Positions 41,165 to 51,485 of a stretch of 64,000 bases of DNA are shown piece by piece (the first letter of the stretch is position 1; every line of letters starts with the position of its first letter). The position numbers were made by a program, and so were the translations under genes. Source of the DNA: Neisseria sp. (GTDB taxonomy: Bacteria > Pseudomonadota > Gammaproteobacteria > Burkholderiales > Neisseriaceae); assembly GCF_041804105.1 (NCBI RefSeq), contig NZ_JBHCJY010000018.1, forward strand, positions 663 through 64,662, given 5' to 3'. Below the pieces are notes generated by a model, which worked only from the letters and a program-made list of their open reading frames with translations, ran no database searches and was not told the origin of the DNA.

Positions 41165-43402
41165 ATGACCCAGAAAGCCCGTTTCCAAATCAACGGCATG
41201 ACCTGCCAAGCCTGTGCCTCGCGCATTGAGAAGGTATTGAACAAAAAGGATTTCGTTCAGACGGCCTCGGTGAATTTCGCCAGTGAAGAGGCGCAGGTGG
41301 TGTTCGACGACAGCAAAACCGATGTTGCCGCACTGATTGACATCATCGGGAAAACCGGCTTTGAAGCGGCGGAGAAAACCGACGCGCTGCCCGATGTGCC
41401 GTCTGAACACCCTGTCGGCTGGCGGCTGTGGCTGCTGCTGGCGGTGAACGTGCCGTTTCTCATCGGCATGGCGGGGATGATGGGCGGGCGGCACGACTGG
41501 ATGCTGCCCGCGCCGTGGCAGTTTGCGCTGGCGAGCGTGGTGCAGCTTTGGCTGGCCGTGCCGTTTTACAAAAGCGCATGGGCGAGCATACGCGGCGGAC
41601 TGGCGAACATGGACGTGCTGGTTACGGTGGGCACGCTGTCGATTTACCTTTATTCGACCTATATGATATTTGTCCACCGCGCGATGGGGCACGACGGCAT
41701 GGCGCACGTTTATTTCGAGGCGGGCGTGATGGTGGTCGGCTTTGTGAGCCTGGGCAAATTTCTCGAGCACCGCGCGAAAAAATCCAGCCTCAACAGCCTC
41801 GGTCTGCTGCTGAAACTCACGCCGCGCCAAGTGAATGTGGAACGCGGCGGCCGGTGGCAGAGCCTGCCGCTCGACCAAGTGCAAATCGGCGATTTAATCC
41901 GCGCCAGCCACGGCGAGCGCATCGCGGCCGACGGTATTGTCGAGAGCGGCAGCGGCTGGGCCGACGAAAGCCACCTGACCGGCGAGTCGCAACCCGAAGC
42001 GAAAACCGCCGGCAGCAAAGTGCTGGCCGGCGCCATGATCACCGACGGCAGCATCGTTTACCGCGCCCGCCAACTCGGCAGCCAAACCCTGCTCGGCGAC
42101 ATGATGGCCGCGCTTTCCGAGGCGCAGGGCAGCAAAGCGCCGATCGCGCGCGTGGCTGATAAAGCGGCGGCGGTGTTCGTGCCTTCCGTGGTGGCCGTCT
42201 CTTTGATTACCCTTGTTTTAACGTGGCTGATAAAAGGCAGTTGGGAAACCGCGCTGGTGCACGCCGTGGCCGTGCTGGTGATTGCCTGCCCCTGCGCGCT
42301 CGGCCTGGCCACGCCTGCCGCGGTTATGGTGGGCATGGGCAAAGCGGTGAAACACGGCGTGTGGTTTAAAGACGCCGCCGCGATGGAAGAAGCCGCCCGC
42401 GTCGATACGGTGGTGCTCGACAAAACGGGCACGCTCACCGAAGGCAGGCCGCAAGTGGCGGCAATATGGCTTTCAGACGGCCATACAGGCAGTTCGGTAA
42501 ATTTAAGGCCGCCTGAAAACGGCACTTCACCCAATGCAAACACCGTAGAAGCAAACACATCTGAAATTGCCGAAACCGAACTGTTGCGCCTGGCCGCCGC
42601 CATCGAGCAAAACGCCGCCCATCCGCTGGCCCGCGCCATCGTTCAGACGGCCTTGTCGCGCGGCATCGCCGTTCCCGAAGCCCGCAACGCGCAAACCGAA
42701 GCCGGTGCAGGCATTGCCGCCGAAGTCGAAGGCATTTTGGTCAAAGTCGGCAAACCCGATTACTGCGGCCTCGCGCTGCCCGAAAATTCAGACGGCATCT
42801 GGCAAATCGCCACCATCGTCGCCGTATCTGCAAACGGTCGGCCGCTCGGCGCATTCGCCCTTTCAGACGGCCTCAAAAGTGACACCGCCGCCGCCATAGG
42901 CCGTCTGAAAGCGCACGGCATCGGCATTTACATCATGAGCGGCGACAACCAAAACACGGTGGACTACACCGCGAAACAGCTCGGCATCGCCCACGCCTTC
43001 GGCGGCATGAGTCCGCGCGACAAAGCCGCCGCCGTGCAGCAGCTCAAAGCATCCGGCAAAACCGTGGCGATGGTCGGCGACGGCATTAACGACGCGCCCG
43101 CGCTGGCCGCCGCCAACGTCAGCTTCGCCATGAAAGGCGGTGCCGACGCCGCCGAACACACCGCTTCCGCCACGCTGATGCAGCACTCGGTCAACCAGTT
43201 GGCCGATGCGCTGGCCGTTTCCCGCGCCACGCTGAAAAACATCCGCCAAAACCTGTTTTTCGCCTTTTTCTACAACATCTTGGGCATCCCGCTGGCCGCC
43301 CTCGGCCTGCTCACCCCCGTCATCGCGGGCGCGGCGATGGCGTTAAGCTCGATTTCGGTATTGGGCAACGCGCTGCGCCTGAAACGGGTAAAGATTGATT
43401 GA
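41165..43402 (+). CDS. copA: Cu(I)-translocating P1B-type ATPase
   Basis: GMTCQAC HMA domain, TGES, CPC, DKTGT, HP, GDGIND, YN and MALSS motifs. Confidence 0.95.
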   Translation: MTQKARFQINGMTCQACASRIEKVLNKKDFVQTASVNFASEEAQVVFDDSKTDVAALIDIIGKTGFEAAEKTDALPDVPSEHPVGWRLWLLLAVNVPFLIGMAGMMGGRHDWMLPAPWQFALASVVQLWLAVPFYKSAWASIRGGLANMDVLVTVGTLSIYLYSTYMIFVHRAMGHDGMAHVYFEAGVMVVGFVSLGKFLEHRAKKSSLNSLGLLLKLTPRQVNVERGGRWQSLPLDQVQIGDLIRASHGERIAADGIVESGSGWADESHLTGESQPEAKTAGSKVLAGAMITDGSIVYRARQLGSQTLLGDMMAALSEAQGSKAPIARVADKAAAVFVPSVVAVSLITLVLTWLIKGSWETALVHAVAVLVIACPCALGLATPAAVMVGMGKAVKHGVWFKDAAAMEEAARVDTVVLDKTGTLTEGRPQVAAIWLSDGHTGSSVNLRPPENGTSPNANTVEANTSEIAETELLRLAAAIEQNAAHPLARAIVQTALSRGIAVPEARNAQTEAGAGIAAEVEGILVKVGKPDYCGLALPENSDGIWQIATIVAVSANGRPLGAFALSDGLKSDTAAAIGRLKAHGIGIYIMSGDNQNTVDYTAKQLGIAHAFGGMSPRDKAAAVQQLKASGKTVAMVGDGINDAPALAAANVSFAMKGGADAAEHTASATLMQHSVNQLADALAVSRATLKNIRQNLFFAFFYNILGIPLAALGLLTPVIAGAAMALSSISVLGNALRLKRVKID

Positions 43403-43478
43403 AATGCGGCGGAAACAGAAAAAGAAAAGCGCGGGAAAAAGGTACAAAAATTCTTTTGAAACAAGGAAATGATTGATA

Positions 43479-44075
43479 AGGCCGTCTGAAAACCACCTAT
43501 TCAGGTTTTCAGACGGCCTTAAAATTTGGCTCTATGCGGGATATTGCGTGAATACTTCATTTCCCCTCATTCCCGAGCAGGCGGGAATCCATGTTGGAAA
43601 TCCGGTATCTTTCCTGTTAAACAATCACTTGTGCGCATCAAAGCCGGATTCCCGCCTGCGCGGGAATGACGAAAACGGCAAAATCTGTCTGCCTGTATGC
43701 AACCAAGCCAAGCATCCAAAAGCAACCTTATCCGTTTCGCAATAAAGCCGAAAACGGCAAAGGCCGTCTGAAAACCACCCATTCATGTTTTCAGACGGCC
43801 TTAAAATTTGGCTCTATGCGGGATATTGCGTGAATAACTTCACTTCCCATCATTTCCGTGCAGGCAGGAACCCATGCCGGGAATCCGGTATCTTTCCTGT
43901 TAAACAATTACTTGCGCGTATCAAATCTGGATTCCCGCCTGCGCGGGAATGACGGAAACGAAAAAATCCGTCTGCCTGTATGCAACCAAGCCAAGCAACC
44001 AAAAGCGACCTTATCCGTTTCGCAATTAAGCGGAAAACGGCAAAGGTCGTCTGAAACCTGCGTTTCAGACGACCT
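43479..44075. repeat. Tandem duplication of a 282/283-bp unit (DUS hairpin + NIME + spacer)
   Basis: Units 43479-43760 and 43761-44043 align end to end with scattered differences; a third DUS pair lies at 44044-44075. Confidence 0.92.
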
Positions 44076-44108
44076 TCGGTTGTCAAAGAGAATGGTCAAA
44101 CCAAACGG

Positions 44109-45470
44109 CTATTTTTTGAATCCCTGCTTGCCTTTACCTGCCGGTGCGGATTTTTTGCGGTCTTTAAACCCGCCGTCGGCAGCTTTGCCGTCGCGCTTTT
44201 TAAAACCTTCTTTCTTCCCGTCCGACTTTTTACCGCCGAACTTCTTGTCTTTATCGAAGCCGCCTTTGCCGCCCCAATGCCCGCCCTTGCCCTTGCCTTT
44301 GGGCTTGTCGCCGCTTTTGCTGCGTTTGCGGGTCGGCTCCATGCCTTCGATGGTCATTTCGGGGATTTTGCGGCCGATGAATTTTTCGATTTTGTGTACT
44401 TTCACATACTCGTTCACTTCGGCAAACGTAATCGCCAAACCGGTGCGCCCCGCACGGCCCGTGCGGCCGATGCGGTGCACATAGTCTTCGGCCTGCTTGG
44501 GCAGGTCGTAGTTGATGACGTGGGTGATGGTGGGCACGTCGATGCCGCGCGCGGCCACGTCGGTGGCCACCAGGATTTTGCAGCGGCCTTTGCGCAAATC
44601 CATCAACGTGCGGTTGCGCCAGCCCTGCGGCATGTCGCCGTGCAGGCAGTTGGCGGCGAAACCTTTGTCGTACAGCTCGTCGGCCAACACTTCGGTCATC
44701 GCTTTGGTGGAGGTGAAAATCACGCATTGGTCGATGTTGGCATCGCGCAGAATATGGTCGAGCAGGCGGTTTTTATGGCGCATGTCGTCGCAGTACAGCA
44801 GCTGCTCTTCGATTTTGCCCTGCTCGTCAACGCGTTCGATTTCGATGACTTCGGGATTTTTGGTAAGCTTGCGCGCCAGTTTGCCGACCGCGCCGTCCCA
44901 TGTGGCGGAAAACAGCAGGGTTTGGCGGTCTTCAGGGGTTTCGGCAACGATTTTTTCGATGTCGTCGATAAAGCCCATATCGAGCATACGGTCGGCTTCG
45001 TCGAGAATCAGCACTTCGAGCCGCTCGAAATCCACCTTGCCGCTGTCCATCAAGTCCATCAGACGGCCAGGCGTGGCGACAATCAGATCCACGGGCTTGG
45101 CCAGCGCACGGATTTGGTAGCCGAACGACGAACCGCCCACGATGGATACGGTTTTGAACCATTTCATGTTTTTGGCATAGGCCAGCGCGTTTTTCTCCAC
45201 CTGCGCGGCCAGTTCGCGCGTGGGCGTGAGCACCAGCGCGCGCGGGCCTTTGCCCGGTTTTTCGCTGCGGCGGGTCAGGTGTTGCAGCACGGGCAGCAGG
45301 AAGGCGGCGGTTTTGCCCGAACCGGTTTGCGCGGATGCCATGATGTCGCGGCGTTCGAGCGCATGCGGAATCGACTGCGCCTGAATCGGCGTGGGCGTTT
45401 CGTAGCCTTCGCTTTGGAGTGCGGAAAGGATGTTTTTATCGAGGTTTAAATCGGCGAATTTGACGGACAT
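44109..45470 (-). CDS. DEAD-box RNA helicase
   Basis: Q motif, AQTGSGKT, PTRELA, DEAD, SAT, HRIGRTGR; basic Gly/Lys-rich tail. Confidence 0.95.
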   Translation of the reverse strand: MSVKFADLNLDKNILSALQSEGYETPTPIQAQSIPHALERRDIMASAQTGSGKTAAFLLPVLQHLTRRSEKPGKGPRALVLTPTRELAAQVEKNALAYAKNMKWFKTVSIVGGSSFGYQIRALAKPVDLIVATPGRLMDLMDSGKVDFERLEVLILDEADRMLDMGFIDDIEKIVAETPEDRQTLLFSATWDGAVGKLARKLTKNPEVIEIERVDEQGKIEEQLLYCDDMRHKNRLLDHILRDANIDQCVIFTSTKAMTEVLADELYDKGFAANCLHGDMPQGWRNRTLMDLRKGRCKILVATDVAARGIDVPTITHVINYDLPKQAEDYVHRIGRTGRAGRTGLAITFAEVNEYVKVHKIEKFIGRKIPEMTIEGMEPTRKRSKSGDKPKGKGKGGHWGGKGGFDKDKKFGGKKSDGKKEGFKKRDGKAADGGFKDRKKSAPAGKGKQGFKK

Positions 45471-45875
45471 GGTTTTCCAGAAAGGAACAACAACGCATTC
45501 CGTCCGAACGGTTTTTCAGACGGCCTTGAAGCAGGGAAACGTAAATCAGGAAACGAAAGACGCAGGGTTGTCGCAAGCTCTGTGCTTGTGGTTAACATCG
45601 GCGACAACCTGCAAAAACGCCGCGAAACGGGCGGCAGTCGGAAGAACGGGGTTCGGAACACCACGGTTGGCTGAAGACGATGGCTTCAAAAAAGACAAGG
45701 GGCGGATGGTAAAGGGATACACGGCGGCGGTCAAGCGGAATATTTTTTATATTCAAATGTTTTGCGGTGTCAAAAACCACCGGCGGGGGTAAAATATGCG
45801 CGCGGCCGACAGGCCGTCTGAAAACCGCCCCTCCTGACCCAATCCCGTATCCAACCGCAACAAGGCCGCCCGAAC

Positions 45876-46820
45876 ATGACCGACATCTCTCCCTTCGCCA
45901 ACCGCATGGGTAAAAACATCAAGCACTTAATGAAATGGGCCAAACGCAACGGCATCGAAGCATGGCGCATCTACGACCGCGACATTCCGCAGTTTCCGTT
46001 TGCCGTCGATATTTACGGCGGCCAAATCCACCTTCAGGAATACGACACCGGCTGGCTGATGCAGCCCGAAGAATACGAAGCATGGCTGGCGGAAGTTGTC
46101 GAAGCCGTTGTTTTCGTAACCGGTTTTGCCGAAAACCAAATCCACCTGAAACGGCGCGAACGGCAAAAAGGCAAAGAGCAATATGAAAAAACGGGGCGCG
46201 CAGGCGAAGATTTCGTGATTGCAGAACACGGGCGGAAGTTTTGGGTAAACCTCGACAAATACCTCGACACCGGCCTGTTTCTCGACCACCGCAACACCCG
46301 CAGAAAGGTTGGCGACACGGCGGCAGGCAAACGTTTTCTCAACCTGTTTTCCTACACCGGCAGCTTCACCGTGTACGCCGCCACCGGCGGCGCGGCCGCC
46401 AGCGAAACCGTGGATTTGTCCAACACCTATCTCGACTGGGCGCGACGCAATTTCGCACTCAACGGCATCGACCCAACGCAGCACCAAATCATCCGCACCG
46501 ACGTGTTCCAATATCTTCAGACGGCCTTTGAAGCAGGCAAACGCTTCGACCTGATCGTGATGGATCCGCCGAGCTTTTCCAACAGCAAGAAAATGCCCGG
46601 CACACTCGACATCCAGCGCGACCAGCAAAAACTCATCGACGGTGCGATGCGGCTGCTGGATTCAGACGGCCTTATGTATTTTTCCAACAACCTGCGCAGT
46701 TTTACGCTCGATGCGGCCGTGTCCGAACGCTATGCGGTAAAAGACGTTTCCAAACAATCCGTTCCCGAAGATTTCCGCAATAAGAAAATCCACCAATGCT
46801 GGGAAATCAGTCATCGGTAA
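45876..46820 (+). CDS. rlmK: Stand-alone RlmK-like 23S rRNA methyltransferase
   Basis: WRIYDRDIP, YLDTGLFLDHR, LNLFSYTG, MDPPSFSNSK, matching the C-terminal half of RlmKL. Confidence 0.78.
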   Translation: MTDISPFANRMGKNIKHLMKWAKRNGIEAWRIYDRDIPQFPFAVDIYGGQIHLQEYDTGWLMQPEEYEAWLAEVVEAVVFVTGFAENQIHLKRRERQKGKEQYEKTGRAGEDFVIAEHGRKFWVNLDKYLDTGLFLDHRNTRRKVGDTAAGKRFLNLFSYTGSFTVYAATGGAAASETVDLSNTYLDWARRNFALNGIDPTQHQIIRTDVFQYLQTAFEAGKRFDLIVMDPPSFSNSKKMPGTLDIQRDQQKLIDGAMRLLDSDGLMYFSNNLRSFTLDAAVSERYAVKDVSKQSVPEDFRNKKIHQCWEISHR

Positions 46821-47108
46821 ACGGGTCGTCAAATCCGATAAGGCCGTCTGAAATGCCGCCGTGCAGATGTATCGCTGCAACCGCGCGTCCGCGTCCTGCC
46901 GTCTGAAAAACCGTGTCCTGCAACTTCGCAGTCTCCGCCCGAATCTCCAAACCCAACGTTTTCCATTCATCCCGAACCTTACCGTCGTTTTTCAGACGGC
47001 CTACTGACCGATGCCGTCTGAAAAATCCGTGAGAAACGGAAGCACCCTAGATATAATAACGCCCTTCCCCCGTTCCGCCCCAAACCGATCCGACACAGAG
47101 AAACCGCC

Positions 47109-48518
47109 ATGAACGACTACTCCGAAACCATGCCGTCTGAAGACCGCGAAGTCAGCGCCCTGTCGCTGCCGCCGCATTCCATGGAAGCCGAACAGTCGGT
47201 ACTGGGCGGTCTGCTGCTGGAAAACGCGGCGTGGGACAGAATCGCCGACATCGTTACCGGCGAAGATTTCTACCGCCACGAACACCGCCTGATTTTCCGC
47301 ACCATTGCCAACCTGATTAACGAAAGCCGTCCCGCCGACGTGATTACCGTGCAGGAATCACTTGAGCGCAACGAAGAACTGGAAGCCGCGGGCGGATTCA
47401 ACTATCTGATTTCGTTGGCACAAAACACGCCTTCCGCCGCGAACATCCGCCGCTACGCCGAAATCGTGCGCGAACGTTCGGTGATGCGCCAACTTGCCGA
47501 AGTCGGCACCGAAATCGCCCGCAGCGCCTACAACCCGCAAGGTCGCGATGCAGGGCAACTGCTCGACGAGGCCGAAAACAAAGTGTTCCAAATCGCCGAG
47601 AGCACGGCCAAATCCAAACAGGGCTTCCTTGAAATGCCCGCGCTGCTCAAAGAAGTGGTCGAACGCATCGACATGCTCTATTCGCGCGACAATCCCGACG
47701 AAGTAACCGGCATCGCCACGGGCTTTGTCGATTTGGACAAAAAAACCTCAGGCCTGCAACCGGGCGACCTGATTATCGTGGCCGGCCGCCCGTCGATGGG
47801 TAAAACCGCGTTTTCCATCAACATCGCCGAACACGTCGCCGTCGAATCGCACCTGCCCGTAGCCGTGTTTTCGATGGAAATGGGCGGCGCGCAGCTTGTG
47901 ATGCGTATGCTCGGCTCGGTCGGCAAGCTCGACCAGCACGTTTTGAAAACCGGCCGCTTGGAAGACGAACACTGGGGCCGTCTGAACGAAGCCGTGGTCA
48001 AACTTTCCGACGCGCCGATGTTCATCGACGAAACCCCCGGCCTGACCGCGCTCGAACTGCGTGCCCGCGCCCGCCGCCTTGCCCGACAGTTCGGCGGCAA
48101 ACTCGGCCTCATCGTCATCGACTACCTGCAACTCATGGCAGGCTCCGGCCGCAGCGACAACCGCGCTTCCGAATTGGGCGAAATCTCCCGTTCGCTCAAG
48201 GCCTTGGCCAAAGAGCTGCACGTGCCCGTTATCGCGCTTTCGCAGCTGAGCCGCACCGTCGAGCAGCGCACCGACAAACGCCCGATGATGTCTGACCTTC
48301 GCGAATCCGGTGCCATCGAGCAAGATGCCGATTTGATTATGTTTATGTACCGCGACGAATACTACAACGCCGAAACCCAGTTCAAAGGCTTGGCCGAATG
48401 TATCATCGGCAAACACCGCAACGGCCCCACCGGCAAAGTATTCCTGACCTTTATGGGTCAGTTCACCAAGTTTGAAAACGCAGCCTATGTGCCGGATGCC
48501 GCCATGATGGAAGATTGA
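47109..48518 (+). CDS. dnaB: Replicative DNA helicase
   Basis: PPHSMEAEQSVLG, GRPSMGKT, IDYLQL, LSQLSR, DLRESGAIEQDAD. Confidence 0.98.
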   Translation: MNDYSETMPSEDREVSALSLPPHSMEAEQSVLGGLLLENAAWDRIADIVTGEDFYRHEHRLIFRTIANLINESRPADVITVQESLERNEELEAAGGFNYLISLAQNTPSAANIRRYAEIVRERSVMRQLAEVGTEIARSAYNPQGRDAGQLLDEAENKVFQIAESTAKSKQGFLEMPALLKEVVERIDMLYSRDNPDEVTGIATGFVDLDKKTSGLQPGDLIIVAGRPSMGKTAFSINIAEHVAVESHLPVAVFSMEMGGAQLVMRMLGSVGKLDQHVLKTGRLEDEHWGRLNEAVVKLSDAPMFIDETPGLTALELRARARRLARQFGGKLGLIVIDYLQLMAGSGRSDNRASELGEISRSLKALAKELHVPVIALSQLSRTVEQRTDKRPMMSDLRESGAIEQDADLIMFMYRDEYYNAETQFKGLAECIIGKHRNGPTGKVFLTFMGQFTKFENAAYVPDAAMMED

Positions 48519-48737
48519 TACAGTTTTTCAGACGGCATCAGGCAAATTTCATATTTTGCTGGCACACCGCCGCACGCTTCGGTTAAAATACGCAAAGAAA
48601 ACGAATGCCCGAAGCATCGAACCATAAAAAACACAGCATCCGAAATCAAGCGGCTGCCGCATTTTCAGACGGCCTTCCCTTCATTCCGAGACTGCGCCCC
48701 GAAAACCACATTACAGCAACGCGGAACGTCAAATCCC

Positions 48738-49412
48738 ATGCACGCCAAACAAAAAGGTTACACCCTTATCGAACTCTTGGTCGTGATTGCCATCATCGCA
48801 ATCATGGCGGCGATTGCCATGCCCAACATGAGCAACTGGATTGCCGCCCGCCGATCAGCCTCCCAAGCCGAATCCATTGCCAACCTGCTGCGCTTCGCCC
48901 GCAGCGAAGCCGTTCGTCTCAACCTGCCCGTTTACGTCTGCCCCACACGGGTCAAAAAAGACGGCAATGTCGAAGACCACTGCAATGCAGCCCGTTCGGG
49001 AGAAGGCATGGTTGCCTTTGCCGACGGTAATAAAGACAAGGTTTATACCCGCAGTACCGGTACCGGCAAGGATTTCGACATCGATTTGCGCGCCATCATT
49101 CTCGGCGGCGAAAACAAAGACGGCCGCGTTACCCATCAATTCGCCACCACAAAATTCGACGGCTCTCCGACAGGAAACAGCAATCAGGTCTGGGTATTCA
49201 ACCCCGACGGCACTTTCGGTCACGCCGCTTCTCTCTCCGCCAAATTCGACACCGGCACCGGATACGTCAAAATCGCCATGACCGATAAAGACGCCGCTAC
49301 GCCAGACGAAAAACAGAGCCGTTCCGCCGTCGTCTTAATCAATCCGGGCGGCCGCGTCGAAGTCTGCTCGAAATCCGATACACGCCCCCTGTGCCAATAT
49401 CCGTCCAACTAA
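48738..49412 (+). CDS. pilH: Type IV minor pilin PilH (FimT/GspH-like)
   Basis: KG|YTLIELLVV class III signal, ARSEA motif; first gene after dnaB. Confidence 0.85.
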   Translation: MHAKQKGYTLIELLVVIAIIAIMAAIAMPNMSNWIAARRSASQAESIANLLRFARSEAVRLNLPVYVCPTRVKKDGNVEDHCNAARSGEGMVAFADGNKDKVYTRSTGTGKDFDIDLRAIILGGENKDGRVTHQFATTKFDGSPTGNSNQVWVFNPDGTFGHAASLSAKFDTGTGYVKIAMTDKDAATPDEKQSRSAVVLINPGGRVEVCSKSDTRPLCQYPSN

Positions 49413-49456
49413 ACCGACAAAAACCAACCGTCAACACCACACATTACGGAATTCCG

Positions 49457-50092
49457 ATGATTATCCGCAAATCCATCCCCCAACCCCGGCAAGGCCGTCT
49501 GAAAAACAGCCAGGCAGGCTTAACCCTGCTTGAAGTGCTGGTTGCCATGTTTGTCTTGGCCGTCGGCGTATTGGCACTGCTCGCCACCCAGCTGCGCAGC
49601 GTTGCCGCCGTCCGCGAAGCCGAAGGCCAAACCATCGTCTCCCAAATTACCCAAAACCTCATCGAAGGCATGCTGCTGAACCCAGACTTGTCCGCGCAAA
49701 CCAACAACAGCGGTTCGGCACAACTGACAACAGGCTGGACCAGCAAATCCTACGATGCCTATCTGCAAACAGGAAAAAAAGCTGACACCTGCGCCGATGA
49801 TTTTGCCGCCGACATGACGAAAGGCAGTTTGGCAAACGCCCAGCGCTGTCAGTTTGAAAAAGACCTGAAAAACGCCCTGCCCGAAGCCGACATCTATTAC
49901 ACCGTCTGCAAAGACGATTCGGGTGAAGCCCCCACCCTTTCCGGCAGCAATTTCAACGGCAGATGCAGCGGCAACGGTTCCACCACCATGATTAAAGTCG
50001 CATGGGTAGGCGCGGAAAAAGAAAACGACAACGCAAACGGCCCGTCGGGCAGTGATACTGTTTATACCTTCCAAGCACGGGTAGCAGAATAA
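49457..50092 (+). CDS. pilI: Type IV minor pilin PilI (Pseudomonas PilV-like)
   Basis: AG|LTLLEVLVA; operon position. Confidence 0.82.
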   Translation: MIIRKSIPQPRQGRLKNSQAGLTLLEVLVAMFVLAVGVLALLATQLRSVAAVREAEGQTIVSQITQNLIEGMLLNPDLSAQTNNSGSAQLTTGWTSKSYDAYLQTGKKADTCADDFAADMTKGSLANAQRCQFEKDLKNALPEADIYYTVCKDDSGEAPTLSGSNFNGRCSGNGSTTMIKVAWVGAEKENDNANGPSGSDTVYTFQARVAE

Positions 50093-50997
50093 TGAATAAA
50101 AAACACATCCAACACATTCCGGCCCGCTCAAACATCAAAGGCTTCAGCATCATCGAATTCATGGTGGCCAGCCTGTTGAGCATGATTGTCCTGATTGCCG
50201 TCAGCGGCGGCTATTTCACCACCCTGCAACTCAACAAAGCGGGTATGCAGCGCCTGAGCGTACAGCAGGACCTGCGCAACGCCGCCAACCAAATCGTGCG
50301 CGATGCGCGCATGGCAGGCAGTTTCGGCTGTTTCAACATTTCCGCCGCCGCTGCGGACGGCAGCAGGAAATTTACCGCAACCGCCGTAACGGAAGAAAAC
50401 ATTGCCAACGAAAAAGATGCGTTCAAACTGCTTGGCGGCGCAGGCAAAGACCAATTAAATCCGGTGAAAGAAATTACTTCCGGTTTACCCAGCGGGCTGA
50501 CAAAAGCCATTGCGTTCCAATACGGTACCGACCCCGTATCCGGCACAGGCGACATTTTCAGCAGCTGCGGCAAACTCTACCGGCCCAACGGCAGCAAAAC
50601 AGACGCCGAAATCAAAACCGCACTCGGTGCAACGCAAGACAACGAAATCACCAGAATGTCCTATGCCGTCAATGCCTATGCCGTCGGTACGGTTGACGGC
50701 AAAACCGGCCTCTTCCGCGTACAACGCAGCGGAAACGGTTGGGGCAATCCCCAACTGCTGGTCGACGGTCCGAGCTCGGTTGATTTCGAATACATTTATC
50801 CCAATGACTGTGCCGCCGGAACATTCAAGTTGGAATCCAGCCTGCGTGCAGATACCACACCGGCCATGGTGCGTCTGAGACTCAACAACGGCACTGCCAT
50901 CAACGCTGGTGATGCCGCCGATACCAATAACATAACCGTTTACAACATCGACGCAACCGTACGCGGAGGAAACACATGCGCAGACCGAACTGTTTAA
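50092..50997 (+). CDS. pilJ: Type IV minor pilin PilJ (PilW-like)
   Basis: KG|FSIIEFMVA, RMAGSFGCF motif. Confidence 0.85.
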   Translation: MNKKHIQHIPARSNIKGFSIIEFMVASLLSMIVLIAVSGGYFTTLQLNKAGMQRLSVQQDLRNAANQIVRDARMAGSFGCFNISAAAADGSRKFTATAVTEENIANEKDAFKLLGGAGKDQLNPVKEITSGLPSGLTKAIAFQYGTDPVSGTGDIFSSCGKLYRPNGSKTDAEIKTALGATQDNEITRMSYAVNAYAVGTVDGKTGLFRVQRSGNGWGNPQLLVDGPSSVDFEYIYPNDCAAGTFKLESSLRADTTPAMVRLRLNNGTAINAGDAADTNNITVYNIDATVRGGNTCADRTV

Positions 50998-51479
50998 ACC
51001 AAACCAAACACAACCAGCAAGGTTTCGCCCTGTTTATCGTTTTGATGATTATGATCGTCATCGCCCTGCTGGTTGTCGCCGCCACCCAATCCTACAATAC
51101 CGAACAGCGCATCAGCTCCAACGATGCCGACCGCAAATTGGCGATGTCGGTTGCAGAAGCGGCCTTGCGCCAAGGCGAAAGCGAAATCGTTGATTTGCAG
51201 GACAAAGACCCCAGCGTTTTTAAAGACGACTGCACCGACGGCTATTGCACCACATCGGCCAATGACCCTGCATGGAAACGTGCCGCAGATAAAGACAGCA
51301 AACCGTATATCGAAGAAAACGGCAGGGAATATAAAACAGGCGATGCCAAAGCCCGCTACATTACCGAATACATCAACACCGATGCCGCAGGCAGCAAAAT
51401 TTACCGCGTTACTGCCAAAGCATGGGGTAAAAACGAAAATACGGTCGTGATGCTCCAATCCTACGTTGCCAGCGAGTAA
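50976..51479 (+). CDS. pilK: Type IV minor pilin PilK (Pseudomonas PilX-like, lacks Glu5)
   Basis: QG|FALFIVL, AEAALRQGE, YRVTAKAWG. Confidence 0.85.
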   Translation: MRRPNCLNQTKHNQQGFALFIVLMIMIVIALLVVAATQSYNTEQRISSNDADRKLAMSVAEAALRQGESEIVDLQDKDPSVFKDDCTDGYCTTSANDPAWKRAADKDSKPYIEENGREYKTGDAKARYITEYINTDAAGSKIYRVTAKAWGKNENTVVMLQSYVASE

Positions 51480-51485
51480 GCAGCC

